A DNA stretch of 63,953 nucleotides, the filler included, from Octopus bimaculoides (Eukaryota), in assembly GCF_001194135.2 (NCBI RefSeq). It is 5 parts of 5 records of this genome, joined end to end, with 100 filler letters (N's around TTAATTAATTAA, not from the genome) between each part and the next. Parts side by side here need not be neighbours in the genome. Positions count along the whole stretch, not along the records: positions 1 to 29,538 come from NC_068992.1; 4 more parts are not named here. One strand, 5' to 3'. Of this stretch, positions 1 to 12,388 are shown piece by piece. The first letter of the stretch is position 1; the number at the start of each line of letters is the position of its first letter. The notes beneath the pieces are model-generated. The model did no database searches, was not told the DNA's origin, and saw nothing but the letters and a program-made list of their open reading frames with translations. The position numbers and the translations under genes are program-made.

Positions 1-1599
1 ATATATATAAATATATATATATATATATATCAGTTGAATAAAGTCGCAACATGGTCTGATTTTCACGTTTATCAGGGTTTATTTGAGGCTAAATAACAAC
101 ATTATGGTCAATTTCTATATTGACACCCGCACGATTTTCACTAAGAAAAAATGTGATTTTTTGAGTGGAATCAAGTACCCTGATCTCGTAATATATTGCA
201 AATCCCTTATTTTGGTTCAGAAAAAATGAAGTGGGGTGCCCCTCCTCCTGAAATCCCGGAATCATTGGAAATTTTACTTATCAGACTTAGATTCGTACAC
301 GGAATTACACTCTTATATGTATAAATACATGTTTTTGTATGTTATGTGTTCGCATGATTATAATGGCTTATATATGCCCTTTGTGTTTAGATATATGTCG
401 GCTTTGATAAGGAGTATTATTGACTTTAGAACTTGTTTGTTTCAAATTAATACTTTAATCTAATTGCTCAATAAAGTGAGCCCAACGCTGCTGTTTCTTG
501 AAAAGAGTTCACATCTATAATTTTTAATTACATATATATATATGCATTTATAAAAAATGCAAAGGAAATTTTCAGATAGCGTCAACAATTCAAGTGAACA
601 TATATTCTGCCGTGTATCAATGTATATCAGTTTTTAAATATACCAATGCATCAGTCATTAAAGTATTAAAACATTAAAAATCTATGAATCCATAAATATA
701 TAAAAATATAATATACATATACATATATAGATGAGTGAAGATAGGTTATAAAAGTATTGATATATAAAAGTATATTTAGAACTGCAGTCATCTTAAAAGG
801 CGTTGTAGAACGGGGTTGTAAAAATTATTTAAGAATAAAATATGTCCTTACAAAAAAGTGAATAAAATAATGTCTTCTTCCGAAGAGCGAATAAAAAACA
901 TCGTAGGCGTTGATATTGGATTTTTTTCAAAAACCACAAGTAAATAATCCAAAAGAATAAGTAATCCGGTTTTGATAAACTGTTGGCGGTAATCCTCTTA
1001 CGGCCGTTTCATGGGCACAGTAATCCAAAGATTTTAAGTGTATTTTCACTCCAAAAATTGGATACTGCCTCCTTCCTCAGAGAGTATATTATTCAGGATT
1101 CACATTTCGTGCAATGTTGTACTGGGTAGATGAGATTTAGTTGTATAGGAAGCTGCAGTTGTTAATAGGAGGAGGAAATGTTATAACAGAAAATATGGCA
1201 AATGCAATTTAGAAAATGTTATAAATTTTTTTAAGTAGGTAATAATTGATCAATATGAAGTTACAGATTGGCAAGAGTATAGAGATTAATTGAAATATAG
1301 ATAATTAAAGACTTAATGGTTAATTTATCTAGGTTTATCAAAATATCTAAATGTTGAACGATATCTATGGTTACAGGAAAATATAGCATCCGAAAACTTA
1401 TTTAATGATGTAGGTTCATATTGACGAAGAATATTCATGAACTTTCTAATGCACAATTTACATACACGCGTAATTGAATTGTATGGGGTGGGATTGGGTG
1501 CTTCTGCTATTACAGACCAAAATAATGAATGCTGTATATTTTTTTAGTTTAAGTTCTCGTATATACGAAGCTAGACGCTGACCTGAAATGTATCGAGAA

Positions 1600-2000
1600 T
1601 TTCGAGGCAGTGGTGATGGACTGAGTAGTACGGCAGGTAGACTTTGTTGATGAGGGTCGGATTGGAACCCGGCTATAGTAATAAAAGAATGGTGCAAGGA
1701 AAGGAAAGAGGTAAAGATGGTACAGCTGACAGATCCTTCGGAAGCAAGCATTGAAAACGCTTTCGTCGAGGAAGACAGAAAATACAGTGCGTTGATCGAA
1801 GTCAATGTAAACAAGAGATGTGAGACAGCATTGCCTTCTTGTAGAGATAAGTGTGAGAGGATTTGTTGAAACTAGGGTTCACTCGATACTCAGGGGGTCT
1901 TGGACTGGCTGCAAAGGAAAGAAAACAAGTTGCTAGAAAATTCTCGAAGCCGCGGTGAAAGCATACCTTTGCATCTGGGTCCTGAGAGAAGATGAGCGGC
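1600..2000 (+). mobile_element. Decayed HERO-like RLE non-LTR retrotransposon, C-terminal endonuclease region
   Basis: Frameshifted translation NPAIVIKEWCKERKEVKMVQLTDPSEASIENAFVEEDRKYSAL / LLVEISVRGFVETRVHSILRGLGL / AYLCIWVLRED matches the HERO-type pattern RPDIV..ELTVPWE.NIEEA.ERK..KY..L / VEVGCRGF / ASFWIWLKR. Stops and frameshifts present. Confidence 0.75.
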
Positions 2001-2264
2001 GCAGCAAACACGAGCGTTGAGGATGATAGAAACATTTGGTTCAGAGTTGCAGCATCCGACTCTACAAAGCTCAGGTTGTTGAGTGGGAGTCTTGTTACTT
2101 ACATCGGTGGGTGAACCCGAGGAACTCTGGAGTCGCGGTGGGGTGGGAGCAAAACACCTACAGAGCTTGTTTCACCGCCTGATGAGACGTCGACTTCTAC
2201 ATTCGGTGTACAGCAGAACCTTCAGCACAAAAATGTTTACCTTAAACTGTGCAATGACAGTATA

Positions 2265-2525
2265 ACAGCTGTCCAATAATACTAAACAGATGTACAATAA
2301 TGTGAATTGTAGAATAGTTATATCACATCTGTATAATAAATGCTGAACTGTCTGTCATACCACAACTGTACAACATATGTACAACAGTGGTACAATGACC
2401 GTTCAACAGATGTCCGATAAGAGTTGAACATCCGATACTTATGCACAATAGTTGTACACTGACAGTATTATGCCTACAATATATACGAAAGCTATACAAT
2501 AGCGCTATAATGAGCGTACAAAATC
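2265..2525 (+). repeat. Degenerate short-unit tandem array (TGTACAACAG-like units)
   Basis: Recurrent acag/tgtacaa/acaata words downstream of the HERO remnant; possibly its 3' UTR. Confidence 0.4.
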
Positions 2526-3639
2526 TTTACGCTGGTGGTACGATAAACAACGTTAAAATCAGCTTTATTGTAAACCTAACGTCTAAAAAGATGTAGAGGT
2601 TGTGCATTAATAGTGAAAATGTCAATAAATTCAGATGTAGGATAACATGGAAGACATAACGTCCCAACGATATGATGAATTTGATGACTTTTGCAGAATA
2701 TACACTTTCTGCACTTCCTATTTTCCCCGTATACCGAACCATTACCAGCTCTGTCAGAACAATTTTATCGACTCCAGATGTTCAAAGCAAACAACCTTTT
2801 CGTTCTTTTTTTCTTTCTTTGTTTCCTCAATTTTATTTCTTCCGTCTTCTCACAAGACAACTTTTAACTTTTAACGAGAAATTACTAGCATCAGCTACGA
2901 GAAAATCTAAACTCCATTAATTCTAATAGGAAAAGCTTAACAAATGGATCAACATGCAATCTAATACCTCACTTGCAGTGTAAACCTTCTCTTTAGAAGA
3001 ACTGCGAGTTGGATGAAATAAAAGAAAGCTGTATTTACAGATTTTTTGTAGCATGCCATCTCGTTCTTTAGACTCTGATTTCGAATCTCGGCAATGGTAG
3101 AACGATCTAGCATCACCTGGTCGATAAAATAAGCATTAAAAGTTTTTTTGTTTTCGCTTTTTTCTCTCATTTTTTTCTTCCTGTTCTAAGTAGACCTACG
3201 ATCAAAGATATTATTCCAGCATTAATTATCTTATCATGTGCTTTTATTCAGACATAATGTATCTAGAATTACATAACTCGATGTTTCTTTTTCAAAAATA
3301 TGTGTGATTTGATGCATATTTGGTTGCTATTTCTAGCAAATCGACGGACCACATAGAGAGGCCTTATTAAAGTTTTCTGAACTAGAATAAGATTACATTA
3401 ATCAAATTATAAACACTCGTTCTTGATATATTGAGAAAAGAAATTAGGTAACGTCGGACTATGACAGCCCCGAGTTTGCTGGCCTTGCGCTAGATTTTGA
3501 AATCAATAAACTAAGATTACAAGAAGGAAAACGGAATGGCAGAAACGTCATGGATAGAATACATTTCATATTACTTTTTCACAACCCTATATGAACAAGA
3601 ACAACGTCTGTAATTTTTAGGATAATATGTTACCCTATG

Positions 3640-3830
3640 TGCTTAAGTGTTAGTTTAATGGTTTAAATGTTGGGTTCACGATCGTTAGGACATGGGTTCT
3701 CGGACCTGGTGGCACATCGTCGTATCGTCGAGCAAAGTACTTCATTTCGCTTTAAGCCAGTAAACTGAAAATTAACGGCCACACCAGTTGAGGGTTATCC
3801 GTGTGTCGGATTAACGTCTTGTACTTTCAT
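3640..3830 (+). mobile_element. SINE family D, degenerate copy
   Basis: tRNA-like head (gtgcttaagtgttag..gggttc) then 'cgagcaaagtacttcatttcgc', similar to copies at 51703 and 58852. Confidence 0.5.
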
Positions 3831-4504
3831 TCGCTTAATTTTTTTAGGAACAAGGATAGAATCCAACTTTAATAATGCCGTTCGCGTGACAGCCTCTATT
3901 TTCATTCCATTAGCACATTATTTTTCGTTCCGGGTGTTGACATAGTAAAAGGATGTCGTGGAGTTTCAAATATAAGTAACACAATTGAAAGAAATTGTCA
4001 AACTCTGTAATTCAAAATTGGGAGGATATGACGAGCGCAAGATAATGTACTTAATGCAAGGCAGATTTTCTCGCCATATCGGTGCAGCCACAGACAACTT
4101 GTTCTCATTTCTTACAGTTAAATGTTTTAACGTTTTGTTGATAATGTCAAATTATAAACATTATCATTTGAATAATATTTATTCTTACGTTAATAATATC
4201 CTGCCTTATTTATATTTATTCATATATTAATAATATCGGGTCATATAAATAATATTTATTCAATCAACCAGTCACACGTCTGCACAAACATACGAACATA
4301 TAGACTGGCAAACACAATATATATGAATTTATTTCTTTTATTATTTTTACATTGACTTCAAAGTTTTTATTGATAGACAAAAGTTTTCCTAACTGATATC
4401 CAATTCTACCGTTATCTATTTGAATTATGTAAACAGTCAGTTCGTATGCTTATATGTCTGCATAAGCGTCTGTATCTAATTGTGTATGTAAGTCTGTATG
4501 TGTA

Positions 4505-4868
4505 AATGAGGTTGTATGTGGAAGGGAAAGCGCTTCCTTGTTTGAAAATGGACTGGTCTGGCGGTACTGGAAGGTAAATCACTTCCTGGTCTGGAGAAAA
4601 TGTAGGTATTTTGTTCGTCATCCTTAAAGCAGACCTTATTTCAGGGACCTTTTGAACAGGATGGGCTACTCGACCTGAAGAAAATTCTAACTGGATCCCA
4701 CCTGAAAGGTCATGTGCTCTTTCTTTTGATGTGAGATCACCATTTCGCGCAACAGGGTTGTGATGCATGTGCTTGGTGTACCCTTATCAGACGGGTAGTC
4801 ATGATGGGTATATTGGGGTTTGTATATTTGTACCCCAGTGTCACTTTGATGGCATGCACTGCTTTTTC

Positions 4869-4871
<3 letters not shown>
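4505..4871 (+). mobile_element. Unclassified retroposon 'X' ending in (AAT)n
   Basis: 3' ~190 bp (ttctaactgg..atggcatgcactgct) recurs at 23472-23663, both followed by an (AAT)n tract. Confidence 0.6.
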
Positions 4872-4921
<50 letters not shown>

Positions 4922-5125
4922 TTTCAAATTTTTGCCACAAGGGCAGCTTGGGGAAGGTGGGGTTCAGTTGATTACATAGACCCCAGTATGAAACTGGTAC
5001 TTAATTTATCTATCACCGAAAGATAAAAGGCAAAGTCGTCTTTGGCGGAATTTGAACTCAGAACGTAGCGACGGGCGAAATACCGTTAAGCATTTGGTCC
5101 AGCGTGTTAACTATTCTGCCGATGG
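4872..5125 (-). mobile_element. SINE family A (tRNA-derived), (ATT)n-tail subtype
   Basis: Reverse complement of head with B-box GAGTTCAAATTCC and body 'cctttcggggtcgataaattaagtaccag'; tail = (AAT)n tract 4871-4919. Confidence 0.8.
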
Positions 5126-5184
5126 TTTCAAATTTTGGCATGTTAATGATTCTGCCAGGTAACCACCCTAATAAAAATGATTAC

Positions 5185-5234
<50 letters not shown>

Positions 5235-5237
<3 letters not shown>

Positions 5238-5721
5238 AAAGAGCAAAGACGTGGTATGGCCAAACTCCAGGAGTCATCGAAAGGGAGAATTGCAAAATCC
5301 TGTGGGATACAATGATCCAGTACGAAATGCCGACCAGACATCGGAAACCGGACATTGTTATGGGGAATAAAAAAGGAAAGAACATGTATGATAATCGACA
5401 TAGCATGCCGGGTGACAACAGGAGAAAAAATAAGCAACTATGACGATTCGAAGTGGGTAATGCGGAGGTTGTGGTCAATGAAGAGAGTAGTACTTGGTAC
5501 ACTTGGAAGTATCAACACTCAACTACCAACATGGCTGAAAATGATCGGTGCAAGTGTAAAGGGAGAACACCTACAAAATTCAAAATTGCTTGGAGCTCCA
5601 AGAATTCTTCCCATGGTTCTTGACGCATGACCAGTAAACAAGTGTCAGCTTAGTCTGCTGGCTGTGGACAGCTGACATTTTCCAGCATACCCAGCAAAAT
5701 AAGCTGTGAATTTTCATATAG
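5235..5721 (+). mobile_element. 5'-truncated R4/Dong-like RLE non-LTR retrotransposon (RLE domain + 3' UTR)
   Basis: QRAKTWYGQTPGVIERENCKILWDTMIQYEMPTRHRKPDIV, frameshift, then TCMIIDIAC..VVLGTLGSI..LLGAPRIL*. Contains the PD..D RLE motif. Flanked by (AAT)n 5185-5236 and taataataat 5722-5731. Confidence 0.85.
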
Positions 5722-5731
5722 TAATAATAAT

Positions 5732-5941
5732 CCTATATACTCTAGGCACAAGGCCATGAATTCTGGTGAAGAGGTTATTCGATTACATCGAGTCCAGTGT
5801 TTAACTGGTACTTATTTAAACGAAACCGAAAGGATGAAAGGCAAAGTCGACCTCGGCGGAGTCTGAACTCAGACCGTAAAGACAGACGAAATACTGTTAA
5901 GCATTTCGCCCGGCGTGCTAACGTTTCTGCCAGCTCGCCGA
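5732..5941 (-). mobile_element. SINE family A
   Basis: Near-consensus reverse copy ending 'ctgccagctcgccg'. Confidence 0.85.
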
Positions 5942-6052
5942 CTTAGTGGGGATAAATATTGCCTCATAGACAAACTAGTTTGGAGGTGGATCTTACTCGA
6001 AAGCCAACTCGTTAAATCAACACAAATGTTTCGAGTCTTCTTAAATCTTATC

Positions 6053-6078
6053 AGCAACACACACACATACACACGCAC

Positions 6079-6120
<42 letters not shown>

Positions 6121-6137
6121 ACACACACACAGATAGC

Positions 6138-6208
<71 letters not shown>

Positions 6209-6313
6209 AACTTACTCGGAAATATATATATGCATGTATGTATGTATGTATGTATGTATATATACGTTCACGCACTCACTCACTCACACACACACACACA
6301 CACACACACAGTC

Positions 6314-6349
<36 letters not shown>

Positions 6350-6373
6350 CGATAGATAGATAGACAGATAGAC

Positions 6374-6416
<43 letters not shown>

Positions 6417-6479
6417 CATACACGGGTATACGACTGTTAATATGACAGCCCAATATTGCATTTGGATCTCTAGATAGCT

Positions 6480-6550
<71 letters not shown>

Positions 6551-6590
6551 AGTGTGTGGTAGGTGTGGGGTTCAATGTGTGTCTCTTTGT
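6053..6590. repeat. Compound microsatellite (CA)n/(GATA)n/(TATG)n/(TG)n/(TCTG)n
   Basis: Direct inspection. Confidence 0.95.
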
Positions 6591-6649
6591 GTGTGTTTCT
6601 GTCTTTCTAAATAAAGTCGTCTTTCAAATTCCGCCCGAAAATCTTTCCC

Positions 6650-6705
6650 ATCAGTCACCACCACCACCACCACCATTACCACCATTACCACCATCAGGAC
6701 CATCG

Positions 6706-6750
<45 letters not shown>

Positions 6751-7290
6751 CCATCGTCATTATCCACCACCATCACCTCTCCCTCAGCCTCTGGTTTATC
6801 TATCCCTTTCATTGTTATTCTAATTCTTAATGTTTATTTTATCTTTCCATCTCTTTATTTTTCTTTTCTCACCACCATCACAAANNNNNNNNNNNNNNNN
6901 NNNNNNNNNNNNNNNNNNNNNNNNNNNNNNNNNNNNNNNNNNNNNNNNNNNNNNNNNNNNNNNNNNNNNNNNNNNNNNNNNNNNNNNNNNNNNNNNNNNN
7001 NNNNNNNNNNNNNNNNNNNNNNNNNNNNNNNNNNNNNNNNNNNNNNNNNNNNNNNNNNNNNNNNNNNNNNNNNNNNNNNNNNNNNNNNNNCGTCATCCAC
7101 AGCATCGTCTTCAAAAACTACCACCACAACACAATCACCTCCATCACCACCAAAACTACCACCAATACTAACATCCCCGGCAGTATTATCTCAACCTCGA
7201 TCCGCCTCCGCCGCCGCCGCCGCCACTACAGTGAGCATACCTACCACCGCCGCCACCAGTACTATTAACATCACAACTACACATGATGTT
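6650..7290. repeat. (CAC)n/(CAT)n/(GCC)n low-complexity tract spanning a gap
   Basis: Direct inspection; explains the poly-P/S/T/M ORFs. Confidence 0.85.
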
Positions 7291-7541
7291 CTATTTAAAA
7301 AGAAAACAAAAATACTGCGCCACGTGTAGGGAAATTCGATCCTGTGACCTTTATTACCACTAGTAGACTCCATAATAGAACTAAACTTTGCCTCACTGCA
7401 AATACCTAAATGCGACCCCGACCAAAACACCTCATGGCACCAACATTTGGTGTCGTATGTCTTTATAAAAACAACCACTTTTACTGAAGTCAGAAACTGG
7501 CAAAAATGGAATTTAAACAAAATAATTCCATCAACAACAAC

Positions 7542-7768
7542 AATAATAATAATAATAATAATAATCCTTTCTATTATAAGCTCAAAGCCTGAAATTTTGT
7601 TGGTGTGGTGGCTAGTCGATTACATCTAACCCAGTGCTCTAACTGGTACTTATTTTATTGACCCCGAAGTATGAAAGGAAAAGTCAACCTCGGCGAAATT
7701 TGAACTCAGAACGTAGAGATGATCAAGCATATTGTCCGATGCGGTAACGATTCTACTATCATACCACT
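7542..7768 (-). mobile_element. SINE family A, (ATT)n-tail subtype
   Basis: (AAT)n tail then 'cctttctattataag..gtcaacctcggcgaaatttgaactcagaacg'. Confidence 0.8.
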
Positions 7769-7861
7769 TAAAACAGCATTACGCACAGAGCATCCATTTT
7801 GCTAGTAAAGTTGAAAGTAAAGGTGCCAAGCCGTCCGAGAAACATCCCCAGGTTCTTTCGA

Positions 7862-7954
7862 GTATTACCGAGTACTACCCATGTATTACCGAGTACTACC
7901 ATGTATTACCGAGTACTACCATGTATTACCGAGTACTACCATGTATTACCGAGT
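7862..7954. repeat. 20-bp minisatellite ATGTATTACCGAGTACTACC x ~4.6
   Basis: Three exact 20-bp units plus a 21-bp first unit and a partial last unit; no spacers. Confidence 0.95.
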
Positions 7955-8004
7955 TTTATACTTATCCCCATCAATTTTATTTTTTATCTTTTGCAGGTAA
8001 AAAT

Positions 8005-8900
8005 GGCTTTTCTGGAAAAGGGTGCGATTTTACATTTTTGTCTATCGAAGAGAACAAAAAATGCGTTTCCGAGTTAAAGGCCACTTTTTAACTATTTGAA
8101 ACCTCTTGATTGTCATCTTTCTGAATCCGAAAGCCAGAGCTCGCTTTTCATTCAGAAAAAACGTCGATCAATGAGAGTAAATCAAATGATGCGTCCACCT
8201 ATGACTTTGGGATACAAAACACGAAGCCAAGATGACAACAGAACTTTTCTCACAGTTGTTTGTGACGTCCTCTTTTCCATCAGCGAAAAATGGCATTGCA
8301 ACAAAGATAACCTTGAATCGTAAGCACAGCTACTAACTAATAATATCTAAGGCTACTCTAGCATTTGGATACCCTTTAGACATGCATTGCTATTGGGGGT
8401 TTTGCCCGCATTAAACACTCCTTCCTTAAGTCCTTACAGCAATCCTGAGATCAAGGTGTAATTGCTACTATCAAGGCTGGCTATCTTCGGCATATTTATA
8501 AACAACCAGTTGAATAAACAGCCTGCCAATCTCTCGGGAACTTTAGGAAAACCTAGTGTACCTAAAGGGGTTATAGATATTTCAAAACAGATTATTACGG
8601 GTTTGGACGAAGCTAAGACCAGAAAGAAACCGGGGTTGATTTTCTGGAATTTGACGAAAAGATGGTGCAAACAATCAGAAATGATATTATTGAATTGGAT
8701 AATGAAGAGAAAATACAAAATGCCAATGTAAAAGTTTTTGAGGAATCAATAAAGTTTTCATGTTAAGAGTTTATTTATTGAAAAAAACTGCAGGAGTAAG
8801 TAGGGCAATGCATCCGAAATGCGCCTGACTGGTAATTTTACGACAATGTAGAAATATGTATCGATAGAATTGAACTCCTGGCTGATACGAGAATGATAGG
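8005..8900 (+). mobile_element. Decayed pogo/Tigger-family (DDE_1) transposase
   Basis: Mixed-frame motifs FWKRVR, LKPL/LIVIFLNPKA, AKMTTELFSQLF (cf. AWMTxxxFxxWF) and DQGVIATIKAGYLRHIY (cf. QPMDQGVIxxFKAxY). Confidence 0.75.
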
Positions 8901-9639
8901 CACACTTACAGGAGTAGGTACAAATTATATTATGTCCCAGAAATTTACACCAGGTCAAGATTCACTAACTAAGGGTGGCACACCAAAACCCAAGTAGCAT
9001 CGTGAGAAGAGATGGCAAAACAGGACTTTCTGTTACATATATCAGATTACAGAGCTACGGAAATTTTGAACCCGTTTACTGGCAATTATTCTTTATTAGG
9101 AAAGAGATGTGTTGTAGACATGATACACTGTCAACGACAACTACTTTGTGATAAATGTCTCAAATGCAGACAACATTTGTCAAACAAACACTGGGCGGGG
9201 GGGAGAAGGAAAAGCAACTTCTCCCCAAACATAATCTCTTATGGGTGGCTTTTTCGACTGAATTAACGCTAAGTAATTCACCTGATTAAGTTTAACTAGT
9301 TTCATAATTTTATTATGATATCATATCGACATGGTTTTTAATTTTATCTTAACATCAGAACAGAGAGTATCACATGCTCTCTAAGAGTAACAGTGCTTGG
9401 TGTGAAAGCGATTCTTCGAAATTTTTAACCATTTGGTAATGTCTGTCATTCTTCTCTATTTAAGTTAACAACCCTGTTACAAATAGCTTACCGATTTATG
9501 TCATCTTTTAATGTTTAGCATTTCTTGCTTCGTCTTCAACTTTTTTCTTTACAATCGTATTCAGAGCACAAAACGAAGTAATAGAACATATTCATATACG
9601 TAAATAATGTGGGCGTCTGAATGTATGCATGTATATTCA

Positions 9640-9720
9640 TCATCTCTTTTCTATTGCACAGGATTTGAAAAAGTCTTTAACGTTTCGAGCCTACGCTCTT
9701 CCACAGAAAGGATCACAAAC
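9640..9720 (-). mobile_element. Repeat family G (Penelope-like terminus) with hammerhead-like motif
   Basis: Reverse complement reads cctttctgtggaagagcgtaggctcgaaacgttaaagact, homologous to 21372-21412. Confidence 0.55.
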
Positions 9721-9727
9721 ACACACA

Positions 9728-9770
<43 letters not shown>

Positions 9771-10435
9771 TACACAAACAAAAACATACACACTTACACA
9801 TATTCATACAAGGAGAGCACACGGTAGGCGGTTGTTGGTACCGGCTGAAGGAGGGTCTCGTCTATTCAAATATGTAGCCACAAATTAGATATAACAATGA
9901 CAGATAGTCGAAGCAGAACGTCCCTTTCTTANNNNNNNNNNNNNNNNNNNNNNNNNNNNNNNNNNNNNNNNNNNNNNNNNNNNNNNNNNNNNNNNNNNNN
10001 NNNNNNNNNNNNNNNNNNNNNNNNNNNNNNNNNNNNNNNNNNNNNNNNNNNNNNNNNNNNNNNNNNNNNNNNNNNNNNNNNNNNNNNNNNNNNNNNNNNN
10101 NNNNNNNNNNNNNNNNNNNNNNNNNNNNNNNNNNNNNNNNNNNNNNNNNNNNNNNNNNNNNNNNNNNNNNNNNNNNNNNNNNNNNNNNNNNNNNNNNNNN
10201 NNNNNNNNNNNNNNNNNNNNNNNNNNNNNNNNNNNNNNNNNNNNNNNNNNNNNNNNNNNNNNNNNNNNNNNNNNNNNNNNNNNNNNNNNNNNNNNNNNNN
10301 NNNNNNNNNNNNNNNNNNNNNNNNNNNNNNNNNNNNNNNNNNNNNNNNNNNNNNNNNNNNNNNNNNNNNNNNNNNNNNNNNNNNNNNNNNNNNNNNNNNN
10401 NNNNNNNNNNNNNNNNNNNNNNNNNNNNNNNNNNN

Positions 10436-10499
<64 letters not shown>

Positions 10500-10668
10500 T
10501 ACACAAACAAAAACATACACACTTACACATATTCATACAAGGAGAGCACACGGTAGGCGGTTGTTGGTACCGGCTGAAGGAGGGTCTCGTCTATTCAAAT
10601 ATGTAGCCACAAATTAGATATAACAATGACAGATAGTCGAAGCAGAACGTCCCTTTCTTAATCATCAG

Positions 10669-10769
10669 ATCACAACGGATATATTGTCAGTTTAAGTAGA
10701 GACAATTTCACGCTTTATACAGCTACTGTTTCCATATTGCGAGTCACTAGAAAAGAAAAACGCTACGAC
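10669..10769 (+). CDS. Candidate internal exon, unknown protein
   Basis: Acceptor ccctttcttaatcatcag|, donor |gtaaac; open frame xHNGYIVSLSRDNFTLYTATVSILRVTRKEKRYD (phase 1 to 0). No family recognised with confidence. Confidence 0.2.
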
Positions 10770-10884
10770 GTAAACATGTCGTGTGACAAGCAAAAGCAAT
10801 ACGCTGACGTGCACAAACACACTCATACATCATTCAGTTCAGGCACGCTAACACATATGAGGGCCTGTGATGATATGTGTACGC

Positions 10885-10924
<40 letters not shown>

Positions 10925-11555
10925 ACATATGTGTACATATACATACGTATATATATATATATATATATGCATATTTGGGCACAGGACGTCACGAAATCTG
11001 TACAACAAAAAAATACGAAGTACGAGTACAAGGAAAACAGTTGTTGGCTGTTTTTCTAGTCTCGTATTTCGAGCATTTAACAGCAATTTACGCTTTCGAT
11101 AAAACAGTTCTTCCCGCAAAGCAAATTAAATAAAATTTGGGATTTTGCAAAGGGTCAAAATTGGTAAGAAAAATAGGACAGTGAAGACAAACAGGAAGGG
11201 CTGCTAAGCCTAAACGAGGTGGCGAACGCGTAAATCAAGCTTGGACAGGAGACAGACAAGAACACGTTTTCCTGGATCCAGCTACAACGGAGAGAAAGAA
11301 ACACAAGTTAGAAGAATGATGGGCGATGGTCACGTGGGAGCCACGTGAGCAAGGGAGGGAGTGACAGACAGAGAAGTGTTAAGGGGAGAGGAAAAAATTG
11401 GAAATAAGATAAGTGAGAAAAAAACAGGAGTGGAAGAAGGGGGTAGAAGAGTAAAATACGAAAGAGTAATAGGACAGAATAGTGGTAGAATAGAAAGTAA
11501 AAGAATAAGAGAGAGAAAGAGAGAAAAACGAAAGAGCAAAAAGATAGTAGAGTGC

Positions 11556-11747
11556 GCATTCATTGGTACAGTGGTTAGGACAGCGGACTCGCGGTTGGAG
11601 GACCGCGGTTTCAATTCCCAGACCGGTCGCTGTGTGTGTTCATTGAGCGAAAACACCTAAAGCTCCACGAGGCTCCAGCAGCGGGTAGTGGCCACTCCTG
11701 TTGTACTCTTTCGCCCCAATTTTCTCTCACTCATTCTTCCTGTTTCT
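11556..11747 (+). mobile_element. SINE family C (tRNA-derived), 5' part
   Basis: Head 'cagtggttaggacagcggactcgcgg..ggtttcaattcccagacc' and body 'ttgagcgaaaacacctaaagctccacgaggctcc', as at 15033-15424. Confidence 0.85.
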
Positions 11748-11915
11748 TGAGTCATAACTAGAAAAATATTGAGTGATGCACTGTAGCCTGTTGATCTAGC
11801 AAGTGGTACCTTATCTCAGTGAGGGGGCCGGGCAGCAATAATGCTGTCGAGAGCAAGGGCTTGCTAGATCAACAGGCTACAGGGCTTCACACAATATTCT
11901 TCTAGTTATGACTCA
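11748..11915. mobile_element. Fold-back element / MITE, 56-bp arms
   Basis: 11748-11803 and 11860-11915 are inverted copies (52/56 identical). Confidence 0.8.
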
Positions 11916-12014
11916 TCGTCTCCCTTTAATCATATCAAGTGATTTGCTTTCGCTGCAGCCTGGATGTCATTCATAGATAAATAGACAGAATGATAGATGA
12001 ATGTGTGTGTGTCC

Positions 12015-12200
12015 GACGGGGTGCTGAAAAGTTTCCGGCTTTGGGTAAAAGAAAATATAGGTGGATCAGTTAATGATAATTTTATTTACGATATTCCCCT
12101 CTCAGATTAAGACACTTGTTGCAGTGGTCCTTCAGGTTTTCTTAGCTCTGTAAAAGAACTCGGAATGTTGGGCCTTCAGCCAAGCTTTTTGCGATCCCCT
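12015..12200 (-). mobile_element. Mariner-derived MITE (same family as 42207-42425)
   Basis: TIR ggggtgctgaaaagtttccggctttgg; interior is the reverse complement of the 42.2 kb copy. Confidence 0.75.
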
Positions 12201-12254
12201 TAAAACTCTTTAGTACTCCCTCATAAGTATGTATGCATGTATGTATGTGTGTAT

Positions 12255-12354
12255 AACGTCAAAGACTTTCTCTATTCCCGAGCGTTAAACTAATACATCC
12301 ATTTGTTGTTTACACCACCTGTCTTCGTCTGTTGTTTTTTTCGTAAATTCTCCG

Positions 12355-12358
<4 letters not shown>
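12255..12358 (+). mobile_element. Repeat family G, 5'-truncated
   Basis: aacgtcaaagactttctctattcccgagcgttaaactaatac matches 21400-21445. Confidence 0.6.

Positions 12359-12388
<30 letters not shown>

Noticed and set aside
2527-2770. Overlapping minus-strand frames: Cys-rich (CRKCIFC..CLPC) and VMVRYTGKI.. (Cys-loop receptor-like)
   Set aside because: Neither has convincing splice sites or the diagnostic residues (TNFR spacing; Cys-loop cysteines and WxPD).
7862-7954. Regular 20-bp repeats as a CRISPR array
   Set aside because: No unique spacers, no cas genes, eukaryotic context.
9768-10660. Exact 164-bp direct repeat (9768-9931 and 10497-10660) on either side of a gap
   Set aside because: Both copies follow a (CA)n run and flank the gap; most simply unmerged overlapping contig ends or haplotypes.
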